From an uncultured Bdellovibrio sp. (GTDB lineage: Bacteria; Bdellovibrionota; Bdellovibrionia; Bdellovibrionales; Bdellovibrionaceae): DNA of 64,000 nucleotides. The position numbers and the translations under genes were made by a program. The notes beneath the pieces are model-generated. The model was not told the DNA's origin and did not search any database. It worked only from the letters and a program-made list of their open reading frames with translations. Positions 48,801 through 57,123 of this stretch are shown here, piece after piece (within the stretch, counting starts at the first letter, position 1; each line of letters starts with the position of its first letter). The stretch covers positions 1 through 64,000 of the forward strand of contig CAWVRN010000011.1 of the NCBI GenBank assembly GCA_963932905.1, written 5' to 3'.

Positions 48801-51800
48801 CTGCCGGATCTTGGATAGATGAGAGTAAACCGCCAGAATAGTTAAGCTGAGTAATCTGCCCAATTGAATCTCTGATTTCGCTTAAATTTCCGTCTGAATT
48901 ATAGCTGTAAACTAATTGATTTCCAATTCGATCTACAGATTTTGTCTGTTGGCCTTTCAAGTTAAAGTAAGTAACTGTTCCGTTGCGTAGGACACGCGAC
49001 CAACTATTATCGTTATATCTATATAGTACAGAACCATCTTTTGAATTAGGAGAGAAGGCTAGCGTTCCAGTATTTGTATAATTAAAATTTATTTTTCTAA
49101 TTCTGTTGTGACCAGTATCCACAAACACAAGATTTTGATTTGAATCTAACCCAAGATATTTTGGGCTGCACAAGTTTGAATTTAGTGCGGCAACGTTGTC
49201 GTTAACTTGGTTTGTATTGCAGCTTCCAGTTCCCGCAACGGTACTTGCAACTTCAGTGTTTAGGTCAAATCGGACAATTCTATGATTTCCCGTATCTGCA
49301 ACATATAGGTATTGATTAGTTTTATCAAATACCATGTCAGACGGTTGATAAAGCGGCATAGATTTAAATGGAGCTTCGAATACTGCGCCCCCTTGAGCCG
49401 GCGGCACCCCTCCGAAATGAGTCATAAAACCACTTGAATCAACTTTTCGAATATAGCCGTTTTGAGTTAAAATATATAAGTTTCCATTATTATCATAGAC
49501 TGCGCTGACTGGGTGGAAGATTTTTCCCTGCAGTGCAGGTACTCCGTCGCCTTGATCCAAATTACTTCCGTCACCTGCGATGGTAGTTACCGAATTGTTA
49601 ACTAGATCGACTTTTTTGACCATGTTATTGCCAGTGTTAGCAATAACAAGGGTGCCATCTGGCGCAATCGTCAATGAAGACGGATTGAAAATTCCAGAAG
49701 AATTATAAGTTGGGTATTCCCCAAAGGCAATATCTTTAGGATATCCAGAGCAACCACCTTTTGGGCTGCAAAAAACTGAACTACAGTTGTAAGGGCTTAG
49801 TATATGCTTCTCGCATTTATCTCCCGACATTGCTTGGCACTGCAAGTCTATTGAATAGTCTGGCACCGCATTGAAGTCGGGTTGATAGTCTATTACTTGT
49901 CCTGTTGCCCCGATATGTTTTGTAAAGACACCATTTTTAAAACTAAACAAACTGTGCTCGAGTGAATTTACAGCGTAGATATCTCCATTTGAGTTCCTCA
50001 CTATTCCTTTTAGTTGGGCTTGAGACTTATAGGTATAGAATCGATTATTCACAACATCACTTGCGTTTTCGATACAGTCACCAGATTCCAAGGCATTGTA
50101 CGGAATCCCCCCTTCAATTTGCGGTATTTTACCAAGAAGGGAGGGGCTTGGATTTGGTTGACTCAAATCTAACTCAACAAGATAGTTATTTTTTGCAGAG
50201 TCTTTCGATACACCAACAACCTTTGGAAATTTTGAGTAGTCGAAACTATAGTTTGTATCTACGCCCGTATTTGTTGAATTATATAGTGAAGAGATTGTAT
50301 TGTTCACGGCATAAGTGGCCAGCTCTCCAGAAGATTCTTCAATAAGTATTTTATTACTATTTGGACTTAGAATGCTTTGAGTAAGTCCTAAATGCCAGCC
50401 TCTTCCAGCAGATGATTTTACTTTATTCTGAACTAAAATAGGAGAAACTACGTCTGATGGAAAAACCTGATCCAAAACTGAAGACGTCTTTGTAGTTTCG
50501 CTAGTATAGGTAACATTAGATTGATTGTACTCCGCAAATTTAGAATCATAAAAAATTCTAGATGAGGCACGATAGCTTGTCGTAGACCTTAAAATCATGT
50601 TTTTTATTTTAAGTTCAAATCTGGTAAGTGTCGGATAAATTCCTGAAGCTAGATACTCTCCAGTTGAATTATTTTTTAAAGGGACCGCGTACGAAATCAA
50701 CGAGCGATTAGGAATCCCAGTGTAGTTTACAATTCCAGAGCCGAAGCCACCAGTAAAAACAGGGCCAGATAATATAGCACTCGGATCTGCCCCGGGTGTA
50801 TTATAATCCTGAGTCGTATTGTCTATAAATTGAATTGGCCCCGAAGTTAGATTTCCCACAAAAAATTGTGATTTAATCGATTCAGGTTGGTACCACGAAG
50901 TTAAATCCAAAGTGTCCTTCGCTTCAGCGGAAAGAACATATTCATCGTAAGTGTTATAACATCTAATTGTGACCATTAAAAATTTTTCGCAGTATCGCCC
51001 TTTGATGGCTTTGATCTCAGAAGAAGAAGATGAGTTTTCCTTTGAAATTGTGTATTCTTGTTTTGGTACATCTATATAATTCGATACATACGCGGTAGGA
51101 TTCGCCCAGTTACTTTTGTAAATTAAATTTGGAGCAACATCTACACCTAGCGATTTCCAACTAGGAAGGCTAATTTTTGTAGTTAGTGAGCCTTGCGAAA
51201 TGTCAATTCCACCCAGCTTCGGGTTGTCCACGGCTGCCATTATTGGTTTGGCGGGAACTGCATAAATCAGACTAAAATGCGAAATTCCTTCTCCTTCTTT
51301 TGACTTAATTGTACTTCCGTCTTCAGATACCACTGCGGTTCCGTCAACGGACCACGTCCCTTTAGAGCTATCCATTGATAGGATAAACATTTCTACCCCA
51401 GCAGGAAGTTCGTAATCATTTGGAAGTGTAACTGGAACTCTCGTCGAAAATTTGAGGCCTGACGGTTCAAGTGCAATAACGTTCTTCGGAACGATATTTT
51501 GTGGAACCGGAACTGTAGCTTTGTCGGCCTCTATTGCTGCGATATTTATCGCCCCATTGCTTCCTCCGTTCGGGAAGACCGCAGAGTTAGAAGAAATATT
51601 TAATTGTACTCCGGGTGCAGCAGGATTTGTAACTGTTGCTGCTTGGCCGTTAGAAACAATCGTTTCTGATCCGTCTAAATATAATGGAGCCAAAAATATT
51701 GGTCGCTCCAAAACATTTTCCTGGCCAAGACCAATATTGATTTGAATTTTCGTTGCAGAAAACTTTCGATTAGGACCCGTAACAGTCTGAGGAATCGTTG

Positions 51801-53754
51801 AGCCATCAATCGTTAAAGTTTGATCTCCTATGATAGGACTATTAATATTAAAAACTCCAGATCCATCAGTTTGCACCACAATGTTGCTTGAAGAAATCTT
51901 TACTGACGCTCCAGGAAGCGGGTTCCCTTGGGTGTCTTTGACTAAGCCAGATAATCTGGTGATAGTTTGGTAACTAAGTTCGAGAGTGGCCTCTTCGTTG
52001 TTCTGATGATCTTTTACTTTCAAAGTTGCTGTGGAGAATGGAGTAAGCTTTAGTAAAAAACTTCCATCAGAAGCAGATTCACCTGAATCCGAATTAAATC
52101 CCAAAAGCCCAGCACTTACTGAAACGGATACATTGGATCGTAAACTTCCCGCAGCACCGACTATATTTAAATGTTCTCGGTCAGAATTTGGAGAAATACT
52201 AACAAGTTCAGGAATCAAAAGTCTGTTGTCGATATTTATAATAACAGTCGCATTTGCCAAGTTGCCTGCTAAATCTTTCGCGGTGAAATTCAGAGTCTCG
52301 GTTCCATTTTGAGCGGCTACGTAGCTTCCAATAAAAGTTTTTGCGGATGGATCTAGAGAAAGTCGAAGCCCGTTTACCTCTATCTCTTTAAGTGGTTCGT
52401 TGGAAATACCCGAAACTTGAAACATCAATCTGTCTATTCTTCTATTATTTTGTGGCGTGAAATTGGAAAGAAAAGGTGGTGTAGTGTCTTTAATAATACT
52501 CAGGGTTACTGAAATGGACGCATTTCCTGCAATATCTGTACTAACAATTTGAATTTGATTTTCGCCTTCTATTAAAAGGCTTGCTTCAAAGCTAAAGTCT
52601 TTGGCACCCGTTCTTAAGGCATCGACGCCGTTAACTTTAATTATAGAATGAACATCATGTTCTTCCGATATAGTTATTGGAATTGAAATTAAACTCTGGT
52701 TCGTTAATAAGTTTTGCTGGACACCAAAAGAAATTACTGGAGCGATGTTGTCTAGAATTACCGAAAGCGCCAAATTTTGATTTGATACATTTCCCGCTAG
52801 ATCCGTCGATTGAACGGCGACACCATTGGCGCCAGATTGCAAAATGCTTAAATTATAGACGCCGATCTTTCCGCTCTCATCAAGCGAAGCCTGATTTGAA
52901 TTCACAAGAAGCGATTTCAATGCCTCGTTTGAGATCAGCTGGACCGCTTGAGTTTTAGGTAGCGAATTAACATAAATAGGAGCATTCGAAGATAGAGAAA
53001 TATCTGGGTTTGTTTGATCCAAAACCACATTTGAAATAAGTACTGGCGAAGCCGAGTTGTTAAACTGGTCTTGAGATTTGATTTCAATATTATTGTTTCC
53101 ATTTGCAAGATCGAAGGTAAAACTTTTTGCCGTTGACGATTTAATTACGGCCCCATTGATGGAAACTGTGGATGTGACATTGGAAATATCCTGAATTTCC
53201 ACGGCCACCGATTTTTGATTTGTGAATGTGCTACTACGGAGCTGAGTCAGTATCGTCGGCGCTGTAGTGTCCTTCGGAGAAGAAGGGCGATATATTCCAA
53301 GGGTCAAAGACGAAGTAGGCAGTCCTTTATATTTGATAACTAAGGAATTGCTTAGCTCGGGTTTCACAGAGATTGAAACAGCGACTACGTTTCTATTGAA
53401 TGCATTGGCATCGACCACTTTTTTTCCGTTCCAAGTGATTTCTGCGTATTCTACACGAAACAACTCTCTATAGAGAAGGTTGGCGAGATTCTTAAGGCCG
53501 CATGATAATCTTTGAAATAGTCCGCCCGTGCAGACGACATTTTCATGATTCTGGCCATCGGCGTTTTTTATCTTAATTATGAAATCATTTTTGATTGCGT
53601 CTGAAGTGACACCTACTGTCTCGGTAACTTGATTGACCGATTTGAAGGAGCCACGGTAGGTCTTATCTGGAAAGACGTTGACCTGATCGGCGGTGTTTTG
53701 AGCAAAGACGAACTGAGCAAAAAATAGAATAGCGATAGCCGTTAAGCGATACAT
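45853..53754 (-). CDS. Teneurin-like Rhs/YD-repeat protein with Ig-like stalk, NHL propeller and hydrophobic C-terminal domain
   Basis: Sec signal; D.T.P...D.AGN Ig repeats; carboxypeptidase-regulatory-like domain; L.Y.S and G.GW.L segments; NHL repeats (ADTGNHRI); YD repeats; core FSGREFD.ETGLY.YRARMYD..LGRFLQ.DP...DPSG. Confidence 0.92.
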   Translation of the reverse strand: MYRLTAIAILFFAQFVFAQNTADQVNVFPDKTYRGSFKSVNQVTETVGVTSDAIKNDFIIKIKNADGQNHENVVCTGGLFQRLSCGLKNLANLLYRELFRVEYAEITWNGKKVVDANAFNRNVVAVSISVKPELSNSLVIKYKGLPTSSLTLGIYRPSSPKDTTAPTILTQLRSSTFTNQKSVAVEIQDISNVTSTVSINGAVIKSSTAKSFTFDLANGNNNIEIKSQDQFNNSASPVLISNVVLDQTNPDISLSSNAPIYVNSLPKTQAVQLISNEALKSLLVNSNQASLDESGKIGVYNLSILQSGANGVAVQSTDLAGNVSNQNLALSVILDNIAPVISFGVQQNLLTNQSLISIPITISEEHDVHSIIKVNGVDALRTGAKDFSFEASLLIEGENQIQIVSTDIAGNASISVTLSIIKDTTPPFLSNFTPQNNRRIDRLMFQVSGISNEPLKEIEVNGLRLSLDPSAKTFIGSYVAAQNGTETLNFTAKDLAGNLANATVIINIDNRLLIPELVSISPNSDREHLNIVGAAGSLRSNVSVSVSAGLLGFNSDSGESASDGSFLLKLTPFSTATLKVKDHQNNEEATLELSYQTITRLSGLVKDTQGNPLPGASVKISSSNIVVQTDGSGVFNINSPIIGDQTLTIDGSTIPQTVTGPNRKFSATKIQINIGLGQENVLERPIFLAPLYLDGSETIVSNGQAATVTNPAAPGVQLNISSNSAVFPNGGSNGAINIAAIEADKATVPVPQNIVPKNVIALEPSGLKFSTRVPVTLPNDYELPAGVEMFILSMDSSKGTWSVDGTAVVSEDGSTIKSKEGEGISHFSLIYAVPAKPIMAAVDNPKLGGIDISQGSLTTKISLPSWKSLGVDVAPNLIYKSNWANPTAYVSNYIDVPKQEYTISKENSSSSSEIKAIKGRYCEKFLMVTIRCYNTYDEYVLSAEAKDTLDLTSWYQPESIKSQFFVGNLTSGPIQFIDNTTQDYNTPGADPSAILSGPVFTGGFGSGIVNYTGIPNRSLISYAVPLKNNSTGEYLASGIYPTLTRFELKIKNMILRSTTSYRASSRIFYDSKFAEYNQSNVTYTSETTKTSSVLDQVFPSDVVSPILVQNKVKSSAGRGWHLGLTQSILSPNSNKILIEESSGELATYAVNNTISSLYNSTNTGVDTNYSFDYSKFPKVVGVSKDSAKNNYLVELDLSQPNPSPSLLGKIPQIEGGIPYNALESGDCIENASDVVNNRFYTYKSQAQLKGIVRNSNGDIYAVNSLEHSLFSFKNGVFTKHIGATGQVIDYQPDFNAVPDYSIDLQCQAMSGDKCEKHILSPYNCSSVFCSPKGGCSGYPKDIAFGEYPTYNSSGIFNPSSLTIAPDGTLVIANTGNNMVKKVDLVNNSVTTIAGDGSNLDQGDGVPALQGKIFHPVSAVYDNNGNLYILTQNGYIRKVDSSGFMTHFGGVPPAQGGAVFEAPFKSMPLYQPSDMVFDKTNQYLYVADTGNHRIVRFDLNTEVASTVAGTGSCNTNQVNDNVAALNSNLCSPKYLGLDSNQNLVFVDTGHNRIRKINFNYTNTGTLAFSPNSKDGSVLYRYNDNSWSRVLRNGTVTYFNLKGQQTKSVDRIGNQLVYSYNSDGNLSEIRDSIGQITQLNYSGGLLSSIQDPAGRTTTFSYSFGNLNAVNFPDGTSQSFEYNSEGLLTKEINQRGNSKKYSYNEYNRLSAITDEANKSVQINDVLSGSMSNNYTGQNIGNLNSQGQGPTQFHDRIIDAKEVTSEVTSDFNGNIVKIKDGKGQITSIERDLDGYTNKIIFPDLSEIVFEYDPVTKDLLKKSDSGTGITESQTFNQYGQPTSNTNGRGFTRYRQYDSLKGLLLQESAPNSQLRSFSYNSFGLPITSTRTISGNITETTTYEYDSNGNQSKILFADGKSVSFLYDSAGNVTQRTRRISSTAEEVTKYSYDKFNRLTQVTSPKNEITEYTYTNTGKLSKIIDPQNSQTIFEYNERDLLSKKTEPGSKIYTYTYDENGNLKFETDPNGNFKSYSLNELNQITKIELPDDEMIFTYSAKGETISVSNHYSTISKTFDTKSRELTHLVSGKPSLGSYPAVNLSYSYDQNGNMETMQSAPISLAFSYDQSDRLKQVSNSFGDTFNFDFDLSNKITRISRPGSISNFTYNSGGALENIVHSNSSGTIDYSQLSYDQRNFPVQKRSIAGSIDYGYDTNGQLISANSSQQSESFSYDEIGNRVSDQTGNFIYEPVRKIIEQDYQFIYTHDSNGNLIGKFPKDNLGDKYNYLYTSMNQLKEVRISGQDNSVKMIALYFYDPQGRRLKKQITNYIDSSKSFSRSYVYDRDSIIAEYNDSNNLLATYTHSNLRTDDVLSANITSSGQSANLAYSAGKYFYLKDNIGSIAKVVDLSGSVIQSYQYSAYGKIVGIFDGGNNSVISNPKINTSYTFSGREFDGETGLYFYRARMYDANLGRFLQKDPDPGKINMPNSLINKYSYAGNSPSHLVDPSGKFWFFVVFALVSAAITTYYQVTFGGLKGNQNILNTFVMNFAVALAMGAFTQFVLGVNFIPPLEAQGLGYAIGTGINAGTTNFAINVGWEIAHNAIGIPRNETTAIVGWLFFSDVYNWDTGSKERVFGLPDSIFDK

Positions 53755-53787
53755 GAGATGGCTCCCCTTAAAATTGGTTCGCTAAAA

Positions 53788-53814
53788 GTCTCGGTGTTCT
53801 AAATCCAAGACTTA
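53788..53814 (-). promoter_or_regulatory. sigma28-like promoter of the Rhs gene
   Basis: TAAG-N15-ACCGAGAC, 33 nt upstream of ATG; GGGGAG RBS follows. Confidence 0.55.
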
Positions 53815-53919
53815 AGGGAAAACAATTTTTATTATATCTAAAAATGAGATTTTAGGCGGTTACCTCGGCGAGCTAAACTAAATTGCTATATCAACTATTA
53901 AACTAGAGTTTGTCATCGC

Positions 53920-53950
53920 TTCTAATTTGATAAAAGATATCAAATTAGAA
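53920..53950. repeat. Perfect 13-bp inverted repeat
   Basis: TTCTAATTTGATA-AAAGA-TATCAAATTAGAA. Confidence 0.85.
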
Positions 53951-54072
53951 CACTGGCAACCTTAATAAAAATGAACTTAAGTTTTTATTGTAAGTGTCGA
54001 AAGAATACTTAGGTGAAAACCTTTTACATTCAACGTCTTATCTAGGACACCCATCTTAGATGAGTTTCAAGG

Positions 54073-54102
54073 GGCTCAATCAATTGAGCCTTTTGTTTTT
54101 TT
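54073..54102 (+). terminator. Intrinsic terminator
   Basis: GGCTCAA-TCAA-TTGAGCC hairpin followed by TTTTGTTTTTTT. Confidence 0.7.
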
Positions 54103-54143
54103 GAATATCAACTGCCATGAATAAGGTTATCCGCATCTTGTCT

Positions 54144-54683
54144 CTAACGGGAGACATGTTGAAAGATGTTAATCACTCGCGCTGCTAGATCATTCTCTTC
54201 TTCGTTTCTAAAATACTCCAGTAAATCTTCACGGGTTATTAAATCGCCTTCTTCTAAGCCGATTGAAGCGAATAATGAACCAGGAATCAATTTTGTGATT
54301 TTCCAACCTCGATCTTCTTGTCGAATTTCCACCTGTTGTGGAAGTTCAGACCATGCTTGCTCTAAGTCTTCAATATTTTGAGGAGAGAGTGAAATCACAA
54401 TCTTATTTTTAATAATTTTAGAATTTGGTTCAGGTCTAGGCTGAGGTTCAATGGCGACAATAGGGGTGTTAAGATTAGTGACAGAATTTTTAGGAATTGG
54501 ATCGGCAATGAATTTTTCGTTTTTTACAGAAGTTGGCTTTGATTTAATTTGGGGGAGAGCTGCTACTGGGATCTTTCTGGTCGTAACTTCGCTTTCCGTT
54601 TTTTCTCGTTTTCCAATGGAAGGAGAAAAGAAAAAATAGACGACGACGGCTCCGGTAAAAGTTCCTAAAATGAAATTTCGCAT
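54144..54683 (-). CDS. Membrane-anchored protein with GspC-like PDZ-type C-terminus
   Basis: N-terminal TM, Pro-rich linker, GWKITKLIPGSLFASIGLEEGDLIT; AGGAG RBS. Confidence 0.6.
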   Translation of the reverse strand: MRNFILGTFTGAVVVYFFFSPSIGKREKTESEVTTRKIPVAALPQIKSKPTSVKNEKFIADPIPKNSVTNLNTPIVAIEPQPRPEPNSKIIKNKIVISLSPQNIEDLEQAWSELPQQVEIRQEDRGWKITKLIPGSLFASIGLEEGDLITREDLLEYFRNEEENDLAARVINIFQHVSR

Positions 54684-54821
54684 TCTTTTCTCCTAAGCCG
54701 AAGTATAAACTTAATTCAATCAAAAACATGAAATGCCTGCAAGTCTAGATCTTGGATTGAATCCGATTGTGCTTTCGGATAGTCCGCAGTTTCCTGGCCG
54801 ACGACAATTATTTTGGTTCAT

Positions 54822-55050
54822 CTACATATTGACGGCCTTCGACAGCTCTTCTGAAACCCGTTTCAATCTCTTGCTCATTCTGACAAGCGATAAACTCAGT
54901 CCGTAAAATTCGTCGGCGTTGATGTCGCTCTTTTCCATATTTCTAAATAAAGCGGCTAAAGCCGATAGCTCCGCACTCAGTTCCCAGACATAAAGTTCAT
55001 TTTTGCTGATTACCTTCTTTGAATCAATGCTGTTGTGTAAGAAGTAAACG
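54822..55050 (-). pseudogene. 5'-truncated helical hypothetical gene
   Basis: Open frame KKVISKNELYVWELSAELSALAALF...KAVNM* without a plausible N-terminal start codon. Confidence 0.4.
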
Positions 55051-55633
55051 AGCTGTAATTGTTAAACTTCCAGGAATTCAAAAAATCGATCGGCGCAGGT
55101 CGGGGCAAATTCCTCCGGCCAGCATGATAAAAGCCATTTTACTATCGGGAGCATCCAACGGTCCTGTTCGAGTGGAAGTCACTGAATCTTTGAGAATTCA
55201 GGGTGAAACTTTGATTCCCGTAGGCGCAACCATGTTTGGATCTGGGCAGTCCACTGAAGAGCGACTAATAATTAGATTTTCAAAAGTCATATTTAAAGAC
55301 GGCAGTTTTGAAGACATTAGTGCACAAGCTGCCGATATTGAGGATAAAACCATCGGTCTTCGTGGATCAAGAGTTGGCAAATACGCAATGAAGTATGCGG
55401 CAGCGGTGGGACTTAATTTTGCCGGAGGTATGGCCGAAGGACTACAAGATCGAGAGGTCGTCGGTCAACAGGTAGTAACAAAGCCAAGTGCTAGAAATAC
55501 CTTACTCAACGGTGCCAGCAAAGCGACTTTAGAAATGGCTAATGATTCGATGACTGAACTTAGAAACAATGCACCCATCATACATATTCCTGTTGGAACT
55601 GAAATCTATGTGATGTTTGAGAGTGGGCTGTAG
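55050..55633 (+). pseudogene. TrbI/VirB10-like conjugation protein, C-terminal domain only
   Basis: IP...MIKA.L..G.SNGPV.V.V.E......LIP.GA...G.....ER..I.F...I.IP.GT.I.V beta domain; no TM anchor, RBS or credible start. Confidence 0.7.
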
Positions 55634-55951
55634 GCAATAAACGCAGAGGCTTAAAATTGAATTTACAAATTTTGTAGACAGGACTCGCAACTAGATCGAC
55701 AATTTCTAACCTTTTTTTAGAATAATGTCACTTATTTCCAAAAAAAGTATTCATGTATGGGGATCGTGCTTGTTTGGCAGCGTCCCACTCTGTATGATTG
55801 CAATTCAAAAATCCACAAGTGCCTCCGCGAATAGTGAGTTTGAAGTATTAGAGGCAGCGGACTAAGTTTCAAATTATGTTTTGGAACTCATCGTCAATTT
55901 GAATGACGAAAATAGAGGCCAAATTTACTAGTTTGTTGCTATCATATTTTC

Positions 55952-56908
55952 ATGTCAACATTTGCATTGCAGCTTAAAATCATTCAAAGTCATCCTCGTT
56001 TTAGCATCAATATTTTTTCTGAATTTGAACAAATTGCTGCCGCATATTCCGATGCCGACCTCCTCGAATATTTGCTGCCAATGTTTTGTTTACCTGATAT
56101 GTCGGACCAAGTTATTAAAAACATGGAACTTCAAGAGATGGCAACTAACTCGTGGCTAATGTCTCATAAACCAAAGTTTCTGATTGATTTAAGATTAAGG
56201 CTTTTTACTTCTTCGATAGAGGGGCAATTAAAACTTCTTTTTGATATTTTGTCTGACTGGCTAGTAGCAACTCACTCTGTCACTGCACGAAAGCAGGATA
56301 CGCTAGGAGTGGTATTCAAACATATCGAAACGAATAAAATGTTTTTGCCTCCTAACACATTGGCATACGTCAACGGCTTCAGTAACATTATCGAGATAAG
56401 AAACGCCATTTCACACAACTCTTATCTAATCTGCATTGAAACAGTCCCACTAACACCCAATCAACTGGTTTCAATAATTCAAAGTAAACTGTCAGCTAAG
56501 GCGCTGATAATGTTCAATGCGTTCATAGCAGGAGTTCATCCTACTAACTTAGGTAAAACTTTGAAAATCACAGAGTTGATCGGAAAGGTAATTGGGTTTA
56601 AACCTGATATTTCTGTGCTTGAATCGGTAGACAATAATAAATCAAATGTCGTCTATGAGAATTATCCACCTGGAAAATGGAGACCAATCACGAAAACAAG
56701 TCCAACAATTTCGCTTTCTGATTTAACAAAAGCGCTTAATACATTTGATGAGTTTTCGTTTGCAGCATTTTTTGGATTAATGGCCGAGTTTGACAGGAGA
56801 TTTAAATCTGGTAGTTATTTAGAACGATTTTGCGGATGTAAGGCCGCAAATTATTTGTTAATCGGAACAGTAAATTTTGATTGTTGGTATTGCGGCGCTC
56901 ACAACTAA
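55952..56908 (+). CDS. Hypothetical protein with HEPN-like RxxxxH motif and C-terminal Cys cluster
   Basis: EIRNAISHN within a helical context; terminal CGC...CWYCG. Confidence 0.55.
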   Translation: MSTFALQLKIIQSHPRFSINIFSEFEQIAAAYSDADLLEYLLPMFCLPDMSDQVIKNMELQEMATNSWLMSHKPKFLIDLRLRLFTSSIEGQLKLLFDILSDWLVATHSVTARKQDTLGVVFKHIETNKMFLPPNTLAYVNGFSNIIEIRNAISHNSYLICIETVPLTPNQLVSIIQSKLSAKALIMFNAFIAGVHPTNLGKTLKITELIGKVIGFKPDISVLESVDNNKSNVVYENYPPGKWRPITKTSPTISLSDLTKALNTFDEFSFAAFFGLMAEFDRRFKSGSYLERFCGCKAANYLLIGTVNFDCWYCGAHN

Positions 56909-57123
56909 GAATTGCCTATTATTCTTCATCCGCTAGTAGAATAACCTGACCTTATGGGAAATAACGCTGATAATTAAATAAAAGTATCTGATGGAAATAT
57001 TTGCAATTATTTTCTGTCATCGGTATGCACGAAAAGTGTATGCTATGCCTTTAAATCCAAGTACTGAATATTGTAATCAGGTTTCACGACCGCCTAATAT
57101 ATAAACCACAATAGCCTCCCAAA

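Noticed and set aside
55640..55850. Minus-strand LEIVDLVASPV fragment resembling a DUF3800 C-terminus
   Set aside because: Only about ten residues among multiple stops; not supportable without a search.
56950..57120. Short imperfect hairpins upstream of FtsK as oriT
   Set aside because: Too short and AT-rich to distinguish from chance; no known nic consensus recognised.
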